From positions 63,865-127,864 of the forward strand of contig JALMLS010000536.1 of assembly GCA_038496445.1 (NCBI GenBank): 64,000 bases of DNA. The letters are read 5' to 3'. Shown here in pieces: positions 39,703-52,460 of this stretch. Within the stretch, counting starts at the first letter, position 1. Every line of letters starts with the position of its first letter. The notes beneath the pieces are model-generated. The model did not search any database. It was not told where the DNA came from and worked only from the letters and a program-made list of their open reading frames with translations. Source of the stretch: Trichosphaerium sp. ATCC 40318 (Eukaryota > Protista > Tubulinea). The position numbers were made by a program, and so were the translations under genes.

Positions 39703-41547
39703 ATGAGGATAGCGTTGAAGCTCACTGCAGGCATAGCGGCTTGTATTGGGATATCGTTCTTCTGTTTTTGGTACCTACCGGTCCAATTTAAACTTATGTA
39801 CGCCGTGCTTTAATGTTAAAACAGTAGATAGAAACCAAACAAAAAAAAAAAAGAATGCAACTTGCATTTTTGTTGGTTTTTTTTGCGCACGTGATAACCT
39901 TTCATGAACTAATAAACTCTTAGATCTCCTGAGATTCGTCTAAACACTGTATTCGAAGGTGCTAATTGCCAGGTTATGACCGTAGAAACTAAAAGTTGGA
40001 GATGTTGTTGGAAAGCAAGATGCCAATGTAGAGAAGCGTAAGTATTACCAACGGTGCTACTGTAATTTAGATTTGAAGTAGGTATGATGCACTCCCGTGT
40101 TCATGGCTACTAACAGTACGCAAAAAACGAGTTGTTGTAACAAGATGTTTCGTAAAGTCTTCAAGTAGTGAGATACGTTACTGTATTCACTCACAAAAGA
40201 GATACTTTGCCAAACGCCGCTCATCTTTTCACTGCGTCGCTTTTTCATTTGTTTTAGAGCAAAACCGAAGGTACATGCGGAAATGGCCCTAAATGCTGTA
40301 GTACTTGTTGCAGAACGTGTTGTACATACTCAGAGTATGGGAGTGTTTGTAAGCAAACAATGTAAAGCTTACTGTCTGTTGACTCTTCTCATTACAGGTT
40401 CACCATGCGACTGCTCATGTTGTTCTTCTGTTCAACAGGAACGATGTGAAGTAGATTGTGGTACTTGTTGGTCTGTAACTACAACAGTAAGTAGATAGAG
40501 AGAAATACCAAAATAACACGTTTTTTTTCTTTCGATGTTCCAAACAACGCTCGCTCGTTTCTCTAATAGTCTGTTATAGTACAATTTAATTTGCCATGAT
40601 AACACTAGTACCTGTTGTGTTGGCGGAAATAGGACGCATGTAGAGTTCAAGAGCTTTGGAACAGATTACAATAAGATGATAGAACACCGAGATCAATTTG
40701 TTGTAAATACGCTTCCTTTTCTTGTTTAATTCTTCGTTCTTGTTGACTTTGTTTTGGTTTAGGTTAATGATACTTCATCGTGTTGGTATGATCCATATAA
40801 TTGCGGCGATGTTGTTTTTTTCAAGGGTACAGTCAATTGTTTAGTATTGCGAAAGTTTAAAAATGTTCACATTTGTTTAGGTTTGAAACCATGGAAGTGG
40901 AGCTTGGTTATCATCGGTATAGTTGTTACAATTCTTTCATTTATGGTGTGCACAATATCAATAGCTGTTGATATTATACCTATTCGCGTAAGTTCAAGAA
41001 CCAAGAACGTCAATTTCTCAGATGATGACTTTTTTTTTTAGTGGCCTTTTGTGATGTCATCTTGTATAGTACTTTGGTGTACAATTCTAATACCTATGGT
41101 GATCTTTGCACCTATACTAATACATGGTCATGAGGGTATCATATCTCCTAAGGTTGAAGATAACCTCTCAATTGCGGCATTCTTCTTTTCAGGACTTGGT
41201 CTGTCATTAGCTCTTTAGACAAATCAATAGATATCACAACAAATACGCAAAACACAATCTTTCAAAAAGATGCACAGCTGCACTTGTAGTACTTGTAGCT
41301 TTCTTGGGCTTTTTCTTTCCTTTGAGTATTGCTGCTCCAATCGCATATGTACAACATTCAACTGTCTTTGCGATTGTTGCATGTGTTTCCTTTTTGCTCG
41401 CATTGTCAACAGTTGTTGTGTTTCTTGCTATCAACACGCTGTGGGGCACTTGCGCATCATACTCTCTTGCCAAAGAAGATGATTGTCAGGTCTACTTCTG
41501 GAGAAGTTGAGCTTGATGATTCTATTAGCAGCCCCTATGCAGAATAA
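39703..41547 (+). CDS. Multi-pass membrane protein with large Cys-rich extracellular loop
   Basis: N-terminal TM MRIALKLTAGIAAC, ANCQV, CC-rich loop, SCWYDPYNCGDVVF, then several TM segments. Confidence 0.7.
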
Positions 41548-42175
41548 ACTGTTTTAGTGTTGTATGGCCATTTTTGTTTTTTGTCGCGCTTACGTAACCT
41601 TTTTCAGCTTCAACATTGTTCAATCTCAAAGTATCACAAGTCATTTACTCATAACAAAAAACCACGTACAGCTCCTAACAATTCTGTTCCAGCTCCTCAA
41701 CTAACAACCCTCTCAATCTCTCCCGTCTATCCAACTCAAGCCACATCACAGATCTGTAAAGATGTAGATTTGAGAAAGCACTGGAAAGCAGTGAAAGCTA
41801 AGGGTGAGATGCCTAACATATCACCAGTACATCCAACGAATTCATACCTCCTGGTATACCCACAACAAACAAAACTGGATGCCACGGACACAATGTTACA
41901 ACAGTTTTTCTTAGATGAAGATTTTTTTGCCAAATTATCCTTAGCATAAAATAGTGTTGAGAGCATAGCTTCGAACAACTAATTTTCAAATAAAAATGAG
42001 ATAAAGTGACGAGATTATTAGCAAGTGACGAGATTTTAGCACGCGCCAGACACCTTACAATAAGAACATGCCATCATTCTACTTGGTCACAAACATGTTG
42101 CTCACAAAAACGTTGGAAGAACCATCAAAGATAGAGACAATTTTGCGGATACAAGTCGCGGGGAAATACACATGT

Positions 42176-42360
42176 GAGCGTTGGATGGGAGATACTGGCG
42201 GTATTCCTATCAGACCGTATCACTTTACTCCTTTTCATTTCCAAGCTGGTCCAAGAATTTGACTTGGTAGCAGATGGTATGTGCCTTCTGATGTCACGTG
42301 ATTATTATTATGAACTATAGGTATGCAACAAAGTATAAATTATAGTTGTTCTTATACTTG
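42176..42360 (+). pseudogene. Inverted partial duplicate of the neighbouring cytochrome P450 heme-binding exon and intron
   Basis: ERWMGDTGGIPIRPY...FQAGPRI*LG matches 45155-45252(-). The heme Cys TGT has become TGA, and the start of the following intron is also copied. Confidence 0.85.
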
Positions 42361-42870
42361 ATCTGTAACACTAGCGTGTCACGAATTGTAGTCAAATATC
42401 TCCCACTTTCCATTGGAATACTGAAGCAATTTAGTGGAAAACTCAAGAATTTCCGTTTGTTCTTCCCCTACTTTGTTATCATTTTAATACCACTCATCAT
42501 GTGTGTAACAATTTCTACGTTTAATATGAAGCCAGAATTTTGCCTTGAAATGTTGGTGGCCCCATGAAAACGTTAACTGAAGTAAGTGCAAAAAAACTAT
42601 CACATAACTTTTTTGCGCTAGTAGCATCTCAAAACCACCTTCAAGTACTGTGGGGCTAATATAGAAGGTACATTTTTATTGACATTCGTTAATTTAACGA
42701 ACTCAGTAGATTTAAAAATACTTTGTAGCGTACGGTCACCAAACCTTGTAGAGCAATGTGGAACTTCAGTCAGATAAAAAAAAGTAGTCGGTTTTTTTTG
42801 TATTGTTTAGTTTGCAGTACTCTCATTAGCTAACTTCCGTCCAGCAAAAATACAGGATAACGCAGTTCAC

Positions 42871-44219
42871 ATGTTTAATGAATACAAACAAAAGATATTA
42901 ATGACGCCATTGAAACACATAAGTCCTAATCGTAAAGCAAAGAGGAAGAGAAAAAGACTACACTTTTCAAATACCAATAATTTTCTTGGAGTATTTTTCC
43001 GCGCTGTAAAAACAACGAAGTCAACAAACTATCATCAATTTCGACCTTTGCTTTGCTTACTGACGAGAAGTAACGTCTCAGGTTACTGTTCAGTGAATCG
43101 CCCCAGTCGAGGCCACCCAAAAAGACCATAGTTGAACAATACAAACTGTCGTACAACAAATGCTTGACAACTTATCCCAAAGTGCTAACTTATTTGATTT
43201 CTTCCTAATACTCGTCCTACCGCTCAGATTTTTTTCAGTCAAGTGTACAGTACGCCTATTTTTTACTAATTTCGCTCCTAAACAAACTCTTCGACTTTGT
43301 GTTTTCGTCACGTGCGTGAAACGTTTCTCTAAGCTAAATAAAATTGAAGGTTCATTTCACAACTGGAAGGTCTACACAAGGATGGCTTGTATACTTAAAT
43401 AATGAGAATAAGAGGAGGTTTTTATCTAGAGGAAAGAACATAGAGTCCGTCCTCAGAAACGCATACAAGTTTTGTATAAGATCAACAATCCCAGCACGTG
43501 ATTTTGATACAACTTTCCGTCTTTTCAGTTTCGTTCAAAAAGAAACAAAAAAAACAAGTACTCCACGTTCTCTTTTTATTAACGAACATGTCTAGAACTG
43601 TCGTAGACGTTTTACAACACTCACCAAAGGCGGCGAAGAAGTAAACGAGTTCGTGATATTCCACCCAGAATCTCCAGCGGATATGAAGGCCAACTACGAT
43701 CCACAACACTACAGAGGTGTCAGGCAAAGAGTTTTTAAAGGTACTAGAATAGACGCAAGACAACTCGGGTTAATTCTTCTCCTTAGGCTTCTCACATGTC
43801 TCCCCTCTTGTAGAAGCGCACGATGATCCTAATGAGGATCCAACCGAACCGGAACAAGACTACGAGGAGCCACAGTCTCCAAACACGGAAGAATATACCG
43901 AGTCTGAAAGCGAACACGAGGTAAAGAAAGAAGACCCTATGGACGACTCTACTGAGAGTAAGTACAATTAGTTTTCTTAGACTTCTCATTTAAAGATACC
44001 ACAGGTATTGAAGCGAGGCTACTCCGTGACAATGCCTTGCTGCGGCAAAGATGTTTCATGCTAGAACAGAAAGTTGCTTTGTTCGAGATTCAACAACGTG
44101 ATCAACTACGATATACACCATTTACAGTGTCTTCACAAATTAATGCCTATACATACGATCAGCCCGGAATTATAAGTATAAATGAGTTACTAAGGTTCTT
44201 AAATCCGCACCAATACTGA
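42871..44219 (+). CDS. Orphan protein, possibly nuclear (basic NLS-like tract, acidic region, short coiled coil)
   Basis: RKAKRKRKR, spliceable exons, acidic DDPNEDPTEPEQDYEE, LLRDNALLRQRCFMLEQKVALF. Exon chain partly ambiguous. Confidence 0.5.
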
Positions 44220-44574
44220 CCTTTGTATTTTTCTTTGTAAATAAATGTACATAGTTTTGTTTTTCTCAAAGGTACTTTCGAATTAAGCTATTTTCAAAGA
44301 CAAGATCTGAGCGTACATTGTGTTGATCACATGCTATGCCAAGAATCAGACAATGCTGAATCTTCAGTCAAATCAGTACAATAATAAATCTGACAGCGAA
44401 CCAGTCGTTACACTGCCTCCATCTATGTTTTACGTGCAAAAGGCTTTGAAGAGCAAGACATTTCGCGACGTCATTTAATAAACTAGTTAATGGTAGAATT
44501 TATATTGCAATAACATCAAAATAATATCGGCGCTAGCGTGCTGCCTCTTATTGAAAAAAACCCTCAATAGAAAC

Positions 44575-44716
44575 AATCTTATGGGTGGAAAGAATATAGA
44601 TCTATCATTTTGTAAACAAACAATAGACAACGGAGTTTCTATTAACAAGCCTTGATAACATTTTCTGTTGTGGCACTCAAATAACAAACAAACTGATTGA
44701 TTATCTAGGATGACAA
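44575..44716 (+). pseudogene. F-box/LRR 3' remnant
   Basis: LMGGKNIDLSFCKQTIDNGV...LTSLDNIFCCGTQITNKLIDYLG* resembles the C-terminus of the LRR genes. Confidence 0.75.
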
Positions 44717-44876
44717 CTAAAACCTTGTGAGCTGATTTTTAAAATTGTCAAATGAGTGTTATAGCATTAACAAAAAAAACCTATTTTTCGTGTATAAAAT
44801 AATTCTACTTTAGTACATTTGTAATCCTGTTTGCTTACCAATTGTTTCGTCTACACGATGATTTGATAATCGACAA

Positions 44877-47109
44877 CTATTTATGCTTTACTATCATGTT
44901 TACATTGTCTGTGCGATGATGTACTATGAGATTTATACCATTTTTAGGTGCTAATGTGATACCTAAATGTATTTTAAGTCTAACCAACTCTAGTCGGATG
45001 ACAATACCTGGAGCAAGTTTTGGTGGTCTTCTTTGTGTCGGTGCCACAGTAAGCGTATATCGCTGGTATATAAGAACAAGCAATGTGAGTACCTCTTGGT
45101 ATGCCTAATAAGCATGTGATTATGGTATACTAACGTGACATGAGAAGGCACCTACCATTTGCTTACCAAGACAAGTTCTTGGACCAGCTTGGAAAGGAAT
45201 AAAGTTATATGGTTTGATAGGAATACCGCCATTATCTCCCATCCAACGCTCAGGCCTGAACTCCTCTGGTTTATTCCAGTAGAAATCAAGTCTTCCCATA
45301 CACCAAGCACTCCATACTAATTGTGTCTGTGATAGAAAATGTGTTAGAACTGTTTAGTTGTCTAACGTGAAACACATGCATTCGTTGTTATTTTGTATCC
45401 GGATGGGAGAATGTCATCTTCAATTGAATATTTAGGATCAAATGGTACAGGTGGATATAATCTCAAACTCTCATTAACTACTGCAGTTGTATATACCAAT
45501 TTCTTTAATAGATCATATGTTGGCATTTGCTTGCCAATAACCTTATCAATTTCATTCACAACCTTTGTTTGAAACTGTTAGTTGACATTTTTCAACTAAT
45601 AAAAAGGGAAGACAAATACAACGTTTTTTCAAATCAAACTTGCTCTATATGTAATGTAGTCATACCTTTTTCTGCTTTGCTGGATTCGCAGCAAGTAAAT
45701 AGCAACAGAAGGAAGAACAAACTGATGTTGTATCTCTTCCAGCAAGCCTTGAACAATATTAAAAAAATCAACTCTTTCTTATATTTGCTTCTTCGTACAT
45801 GAAGTTTAGTGTTATATCTCTAAGATATCTGTCACTGAACCCTTTCTCTTTTTGAAGCCGTACATAACCAGACAATAAATCGCTGAGATTGGCTAATTCT
45901 GTATTGTGTTTACGCTCTTCAATGATCCTCTCAATGTATCTAACAAGTTATGTGTTAAGAAACTCTCATTAATTTGTAGCAAAAGACGCGCTTATCTAAA
46001 ATCTCTAGTGCTTCCTTCATTTCTTTGTTAACGTTCTCTACAAGTCCAAAGTAGCTTAGTATTTTTGCGTTTAAGTTTGTTATTAGCAAGGTGGTCACTT
46101 TAGTATTAACAGTATTGAAAGCTTTAGCAAATTTTTTAGATTCCTCGTTTTTGGACATGCTGTTCATTAGAACGCCAAAAGCTATCTCTCCAATACTAAA
46201 TAGATAATAAAAAGAAAGAAAATTTGAATCTAAGGTTTGTTTACTCAACTTTTGTGACGATAAATAGCTTTTGAAAAAAAATCACGTGATTTCAAAAAAA
46301 AAAAGCCAAACATAAACATCATGAAACTTCAAACCTGTTCGTACCTATCAAGTGTAAAACTAGAGAATACATCGTAAACATCGACTATTGATCCTGAAGA
46401 TGCATGGTCATCAAGTAAAGCAATAACCTAAGACAAACGTAAATGCAAAAGACAGTTTTGTTTTTCTTCTTAAACATTGCCTTTTGTCCGTGATGACAAA
46501 ATGTCTCAACCATCTCCCTTATCGACCTTGTTTTAAACATGTGTGACGCTATCTTTCTTTGCTCTTTCCATTTAGACCCATCGACGTTAAAAATACCTTG
46601 TCCAAAGAGAGGCTCAAGTTGCTTAGTAATCTTATCTCCTGAGAACAAAATTAGAAAATCCCGTGTCCTGACGTTACCTTTAACATAATTCTTAAAGTTT
46701 GTTTTCAACACGTGTTCTAGATCATCAGGGTTTGCGATAAAAACAACCTTACGTCCAAAAAAGTTCCTAAGGCCCCAAATCGGACCATACTTGTTTAAAG
46801 TAAACAATCAACGTTGAATCAACCCTCAACATACGTACCTTTTTGAATCTACGCAATGGACGCCAGTACCTGTTCTCTGGGTCAAGTGCCAACTGAAATA
46901 GGAACCAACCGAACTCAATAGCAGGCCCAATGATCGCTACGGGTATAAGAGGGCCAGGTGTGCGTATTTCTTGCTATTTTAATTCTGTTATTTTATTGTC
47001 AATTACAGCTTGATTGTTTACTTACTCGGTAGTTATAAAACCAATATACGTTGTAAACGGCAAAAAGCACAATACAAATAACGGCAATGCCAACAGTAGT
47101 GAAGATCAT
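44877..47109 (-). CDS. Cytochrome P450 (CYP86/704-like by motif similarity)
   Basis: N-terminal anchor, LKTNFKNYVKG, GIFNVDG.KWKEQRK, AGRDTT, ESLRLYPPVP, PERW, FQAGPRTCLG. Confidence 0.93.
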
Positions 47110-47648
47110 TTTTCTCCGCAGAGCACGCAGTACGTAGAGTATTGTTGAGTGAGTCAGCAGCTTTGCTTACTTTTAAGTGACAGCTTCTGTGAATAGTTCA
47201 AAGCAACTTTGCTGCTCTGCTTGATCGCTGTCGGCTCTGCACATCCAAAGATTTCAATTTCTACCAAGAATACAGAACCGATTTGCAAGTTTCCCGATAC
47301 CTTACTTTGTGCTTCATACTTTCTAAAGAGATGCTTCTGGAAGGTAAATGATCAGATTTTTAGCTTTATCCGGTGAATATGTGTGAGAGAGTTTCAAACG
47401 CACGTTCGTAAGCTTTCAGACGCAGAGATGACACGTGATGGGGGATTTGTTTCGCCGGTTTCTTTTTACCTTTTTTTTTTTTTGTTATCCTCTGAAAATA
47501 TCTTCTTGAAACGCCTAGTATCATGTATGGGTGCCTATAAGTTCGCCCTAGTGCCTTTTTCTACTAGGTGATTTTGAGTTTTAAGCGTTTTCTTTTAAGT
47601 TTGAGTTGTAAGCACTTATTATCTGGCAAACTCCAATAATAGCACGCA

Positions 47649-48661
47649 ATGCTCGTTATATCACGTGTTTTAGTACTCTTGGCGCTATGTTCGCTGCTTA
47701 TGGCGCAGGACGTTGAGACTTCATGTCAAGCGAAAAAGAGCTGCAAGGCATGTACTCAGTGCTCCACAACATTGGGGTGCCGTTGGTGCCCTGTAGATAA
47801 CACTTGCGTACCTTCTGGAACAAACAATAGTATGTGTTTTGAGGCTGAATACATGGACGAAACAAAGTTTTGTAAGGTACTAATACAAACTCGAACTTTT
47901 TCAAATCACGTGACACAAGCTACCGCACTTTTTGTTTTTTATTTACCCGCTTGTGACGCGAAAATTTCGCGGTTTAGAGCACAGTCAGGCATTCAACGTC
48001 TAATATGGCTTTAGTGCAAACCAAAACGCTGTAGAGTAAAGTCTGGTGTTGATGCTAGCGTATGTTCATGGTATACACGAACTACAGACGGTCCTTTGCC
48101 CAGTAACACTCGTAAATGGTTTGGTACGTTTTTATTTTTAGATACTTGCGAAATGTACACTTTTTTTAATTCAAAAAAGGTGGCGACTTCCTTCCAGAGA
48201 TTTACAGAAATACGGCACAGTGCGTTTGTGCAGGTAATGATCTTCCTTTGTGGGAGATACCTGTAGCTCAATGTGTCCGTAAACAAATTATTCGAGGCCA
48301 TTTAGCCATCCGTCCAAGAATAAAGGTACTTTTGCTGATTTTTTTGGAAGTTCTTTTTTTTACCTTTTTGACTCCCACCTATTTTTGGATCTAATAATTT
48401 TGTTCTTTACAGCGCATGATGAGAGCAGTTTCGAGTGATTGTACTGCATCACAACAATTCGCACCATTGATTTTTGATATTCATGAGAGAGCATACAGGA
48501 GATGTTGTTGTTCAGGAACAATTGCGCCTATTGAGGCATGGTCCTTTCTTATTTGTTTTGGCAATATATTCCCTTGTAGCATCCAAGGTCCACCAGAAAC
48601 GCCACTACCTGGTCTTTTGTGGTCAGTATTAGAGGATGGACGCTGTGGTTGTGGATGGTAA
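47649..48661 (+). CDS. Secreted cysteine-rich protein with N-terminal PSI-like domain
   Basis: Signal peptide, SCKACTQC...CRWCPVDNTC, three introns, Cys-rich C-terminus ending RCGCGW*. Confidence 0.75.
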
Positions 48662-48710
48662 AAACTTATTGTATGTATTTCTCTTATCAAACTTAATAAA
48701 ATAGCAATTA

Positions 48711-50693
48711 GTTGAATGGTAATTTTGTAGCAATTCGTGGTATTTTGTAGCAATTCTAAATAAACTAAAATGTCTCGCAACCCCTCCCAAACGCAAAAAA
48801 TAATGAAGGTAGCCACTGCTAGTGTAGTTTTACAACTGGCAAGGTTAAAAACTCCTCAACATGGGGCAATCCTCAAAATATGCCGTGAAGTAGCTCAGAA
48901 ATATGATCTAAATGCCCATTCACTAAGGCAGAGTGTTAGAAGACGAAAACAAAAGGTGTATTCTCCGAATTACAAATCTCACGGGAACCAGTTATTTTCA
49001 GATAATCAAGAAAATGTCTTAGTTGGCTATTGTTTGAGCTTTAGCTCTTTGCACAAGCCTCTGCCACGTTCTTCTGTGATATCTATGGCATCAGCTCTTT
49101 ATTTGAAAAAGAAGAAGTCTAGTTTGGAAGCTTGGTATGACGGATTTGTGAAAAGGCACTCGGATATTCTCAAAGAGTCAATTTCAAAACCAATTCGGGC
49201 ATGTAGGGTATCCAACAACCTGTTAGAAGATGTCACAGGGTGGTGTGATATGTATGAGAAGTTTCAAGATCACAATGTGATGAATCCTGATCTGATGTTC
49301 AATGTTGATGAAAAATTATTTACTGAACGAAGTGATGGCCTTAAATATGTTACCCTAGAAGATAGAATGAAAAAAATTGGAGGAACAGTCACCACCAAAA
49401 CAAGCAAGCCACTGACGTTGATTCCGTTTATTTCAGCATCAGGGAAGGTTTTGGTGACGATTTACATTATGGCAGCTAAAAATAAAGGTGACACTCAAAA
49501 CATCACCAATTTGGCCATACCAAAACCTTCCAAGACTCGATCTTCATGGCCCAGATACTATGTATGTCATGAGAATGGATATGTGACCAACGAAATTTGG
49601 CCAAAAATTCTTGATGTATTTTTACATCACCTAAAAGAAATCCAAGGTGACCGAACTGCCTTTTTATTTTTGGATCGTTTGGCAAGCCACATCAACACTG
49701 AATCTCTTCAAAAGTGTCTTAAACAGAATGTACAAACTGTTACCTGGGTGCCTCATACCTCACATTTTGCACAACCATTGGATGACAAGCCATTTGCAAA
49801 CTTGGCTAGAGCTTATACAAAATTTCGAAAACAAAAGGCTCAAAGAGGAATGGAGACCAGACAAAAGGCTTGTTCTTATGATTTTATATCTCTAGAGGCA
49901 GCAGAGAGCGAAGCCTTCACCAAAAAAATCCTAACTTCCTCATGGAAAGCCGTTGGTGTGCTACCATATGACAGGAATTTGATTCTAAAAAATGTTTCTG
50001 AAAATATTGGGCAACCTTCAGATGAAACACTTTCTGACCTTCCTGATGATGTTTTGAAAGCAAAAATCGCTATGGATGCTGTAATGACAGAGGAGGTGCC
50101 TAAAAAAGAAATGAAACTTGGATCAGTGAGGATGATAAAGAATCACATGTACATTGGACAAGAACTTGTTCAATTTGCTGAAAGCCAGAAAAAAAAGAAG
50201 AACAGGAGCAAAATCAAAAGGCAAAGGAGAGGCGCATTAAATTAGATGAGAGAGAGAAAAAAAATCAAGAAAAAGAAGCAAAAAGAGCTGAGAGAGAAGA
50301 GCAAAAAAAAATCCGAGAGAATCAAAAAAAAATTGAAGCTTCTCAAAAGAGGTTTGTCCGTGAAAAAACAACCTGCCGTGTATGTCACACCAAAGTATGC
50401 AGAGGAGGGCGTAATTGGATGTGGTGTGAGCAGTGTAATCAATTTGGTAGTTGCCCTGGATGTGTTCAAAAAAAATTTGGCAAAGAATTAATTGAAAATC
50501 ACGGGTTAGATTGTCCAGGTGGAGAACCTTATGAGATCTGGATCACAAAGCAGTAGTAAAGCACTTGTTAAAATATCAAGTAATAAAAAGTCTTTTGTTA
50601 GGAGTAAAAGTCATTTTATTGTACAAAAACAAGATTTTTTTTTGCTACAAAATACCTAGTTTGCTACAAAATAGCCACTTGACTAAATATATT
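48711..50693 (+). mobile_element. Pogo-superfamily (Tc1/mariner) DNA transposon, full length
   Basis: Imperfect ~43-bp TIRs each with two ATTTTGTAGCAA repeats, flanked by TA at 48709-10 and 50694-95. Internal intronless transposase. Confidence 0.9.
48770..50556 (+). CDS. DDE_1 transposase (DD35D) with C-terminal Cys-rich zinc finger after a 1-nt frameshift
   Basis: FNVDEK, FLFLD, QPLDD with 35 residues between D2 and D3. After the A8 run at 50189-50196 another frame gives a coiled coil and CRVC...WCEQC...CPGC...H...C. Confidence 0.85.
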
Positions 50694-51056
50694 TCTCTAC
50701 AAATGTAAACAAGATCCTTTGCGATTCTAATTTAAGCACAAGCTTATTTAGTAGTACTTGAAATGTTAGAATCTGGTGATGACACGCGTCATTCATAAGG
50801 TTGTGTCAGGTACTATCGCAGGTTTGAAGTATGGAATTAATGTAAACGCTGGATACTTTATCCATTGCTCGATACATTTTTGAACAGACTTCTCATAACA
50901 ACGAAAACACGTGAGGGTAGTTTAATTGTACTTGGGATGGACCACACTTCATTGGCGTGTGTTCGTTTTCCAAAATAAAAGTAAAGGCGACACAATAATC
51001 TTGTTACAGTTGTACTGGATTTTATTTTTTTGGGTAAATTTTCTTAACTGGTCATT

Positions 51057-52359
51057 TTACAATTTAGGACAGCCATGGTACATTGTGTTGTTACCTGGCC
51101 GAAAAACTATAGGTTTAGATGCTTTCTTCCATCCTTTGTATTCTCCTTTTGCTGCTAACTGACCTGTTTGAAGAAGTGCCTAATAAAAAACTCAGTCTGT
51201 AGTTACGGCAATCAAAGGGAAACTGCATTGTTTGGCTATTAAACATACCTTGTATAGGCCTTTATAATGAGGCAATGATAGAAATTCTTCTATAGGCATC
51301 CACTTTGCATCTGCAATCTCACTTTCTTGCTTTGTAATCTCACTTGTGAGTGGTTTTAACATACAAACAAAGTACATGTTCGAGCTACAACACAAGTAAG
51401 AACAATTCGATAGAGTGCTTGTCGCAGGTCACTAGGTTATAACTTTATATATGTACCTCCCAAATTGGCCCGTATGTAATTCCCTTTAGTGAGTAAGAGG
51501 CGTTGGACATTAAGATAAAAGTACAAACCTGAAAGAAAGTAATTCCAAAAATTCTGTTTCTATTCCTGTTTCTTCTTTTACTTCACGTATTGCTGCTTGC
51601 CATATATCTTCACCTGGATCAACCATACCACCTTGAAGATAATATATAAGGCATGGTTATGTTAATGGTAATGTACCAGGTGTCTTCCATAGATTAAACT
51701 TTGCTGCAGGACCATTTTTTTCTTGAATAACTAAAACTTCATTCTTGTCATTTACGACAAAACCGCCAACACCAACTGTGAAGAATGGCCCGTTTGGTAA
51801 CTTATTATCTTTATCTTTTGGTATCCAGTGTTTAAGTTGTAATGATTGTGAATTGCAAGAATGAAACGTGAACCCAAGCTTTGAATCACGTGAGCGAAAC
51901 TTTTTTTTGATTTTTTTTTTTGTGACACGAATACAATCAAACGTACCTCAACTGCTATAGGGACAAATGTGGAAAGTTTTAGTGGAACATCTATCCATAC
52001 CTATTATAAGTACTGTAAGCATACATTCTATCTTTATGACGCTTGCTAACCCCTTTAACGCCTTCTTTTCTCCATTTTTCAAGCGACGCTTTAAAAATCC
52101 ATTAGTAATAAAGTTGCGGAGAAAATATTCCTTCAAAAACCGTTTTTAAGCGTAAAAGTAATGATTGGTAGCGTTTCGTGGTAAAGATAATTGTCCCATA
52201 ATTTGAATTCGTCTGTAGACGCCCCAATGGTTTTGTATGATACTTACCTTGTAGCATGGCGCCAAATTCAAGCTCGTCCTCTGGTAGCATGTTTTGTTTT
52301 ATTAACACGCCATTGTACGAATCTAAAGTAGTTGGAAACGTAGCCTGTTTGTCCGTCAT
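51057..52359 (-). CDS. Nudix hydrolase, NUDT6/plant NUDT2-like
   Basis: N-terminal DSYNGV...[12 protein letters not shown]; Nudix box [22 protein letters not shown]; [12 protein letters not shown]. Confidence 0.92.
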
Positions 52360-52460
52360 GGTATATTCAAGCGCGTAATGGCGTTTACAGAAGCAGAAAA
52401 AACAAGACTGACTGCACGCTTTTTTAACACCTCGCTAAGCCACCACTGTCAAATGGGTGC

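Noticed and set aside
42260-42264. TGA at the heme-Cys position as possible selenocysteine
   Set aside because: The fragment has indels and lacks the rest of the gene, so it is a pseudogene lesion.
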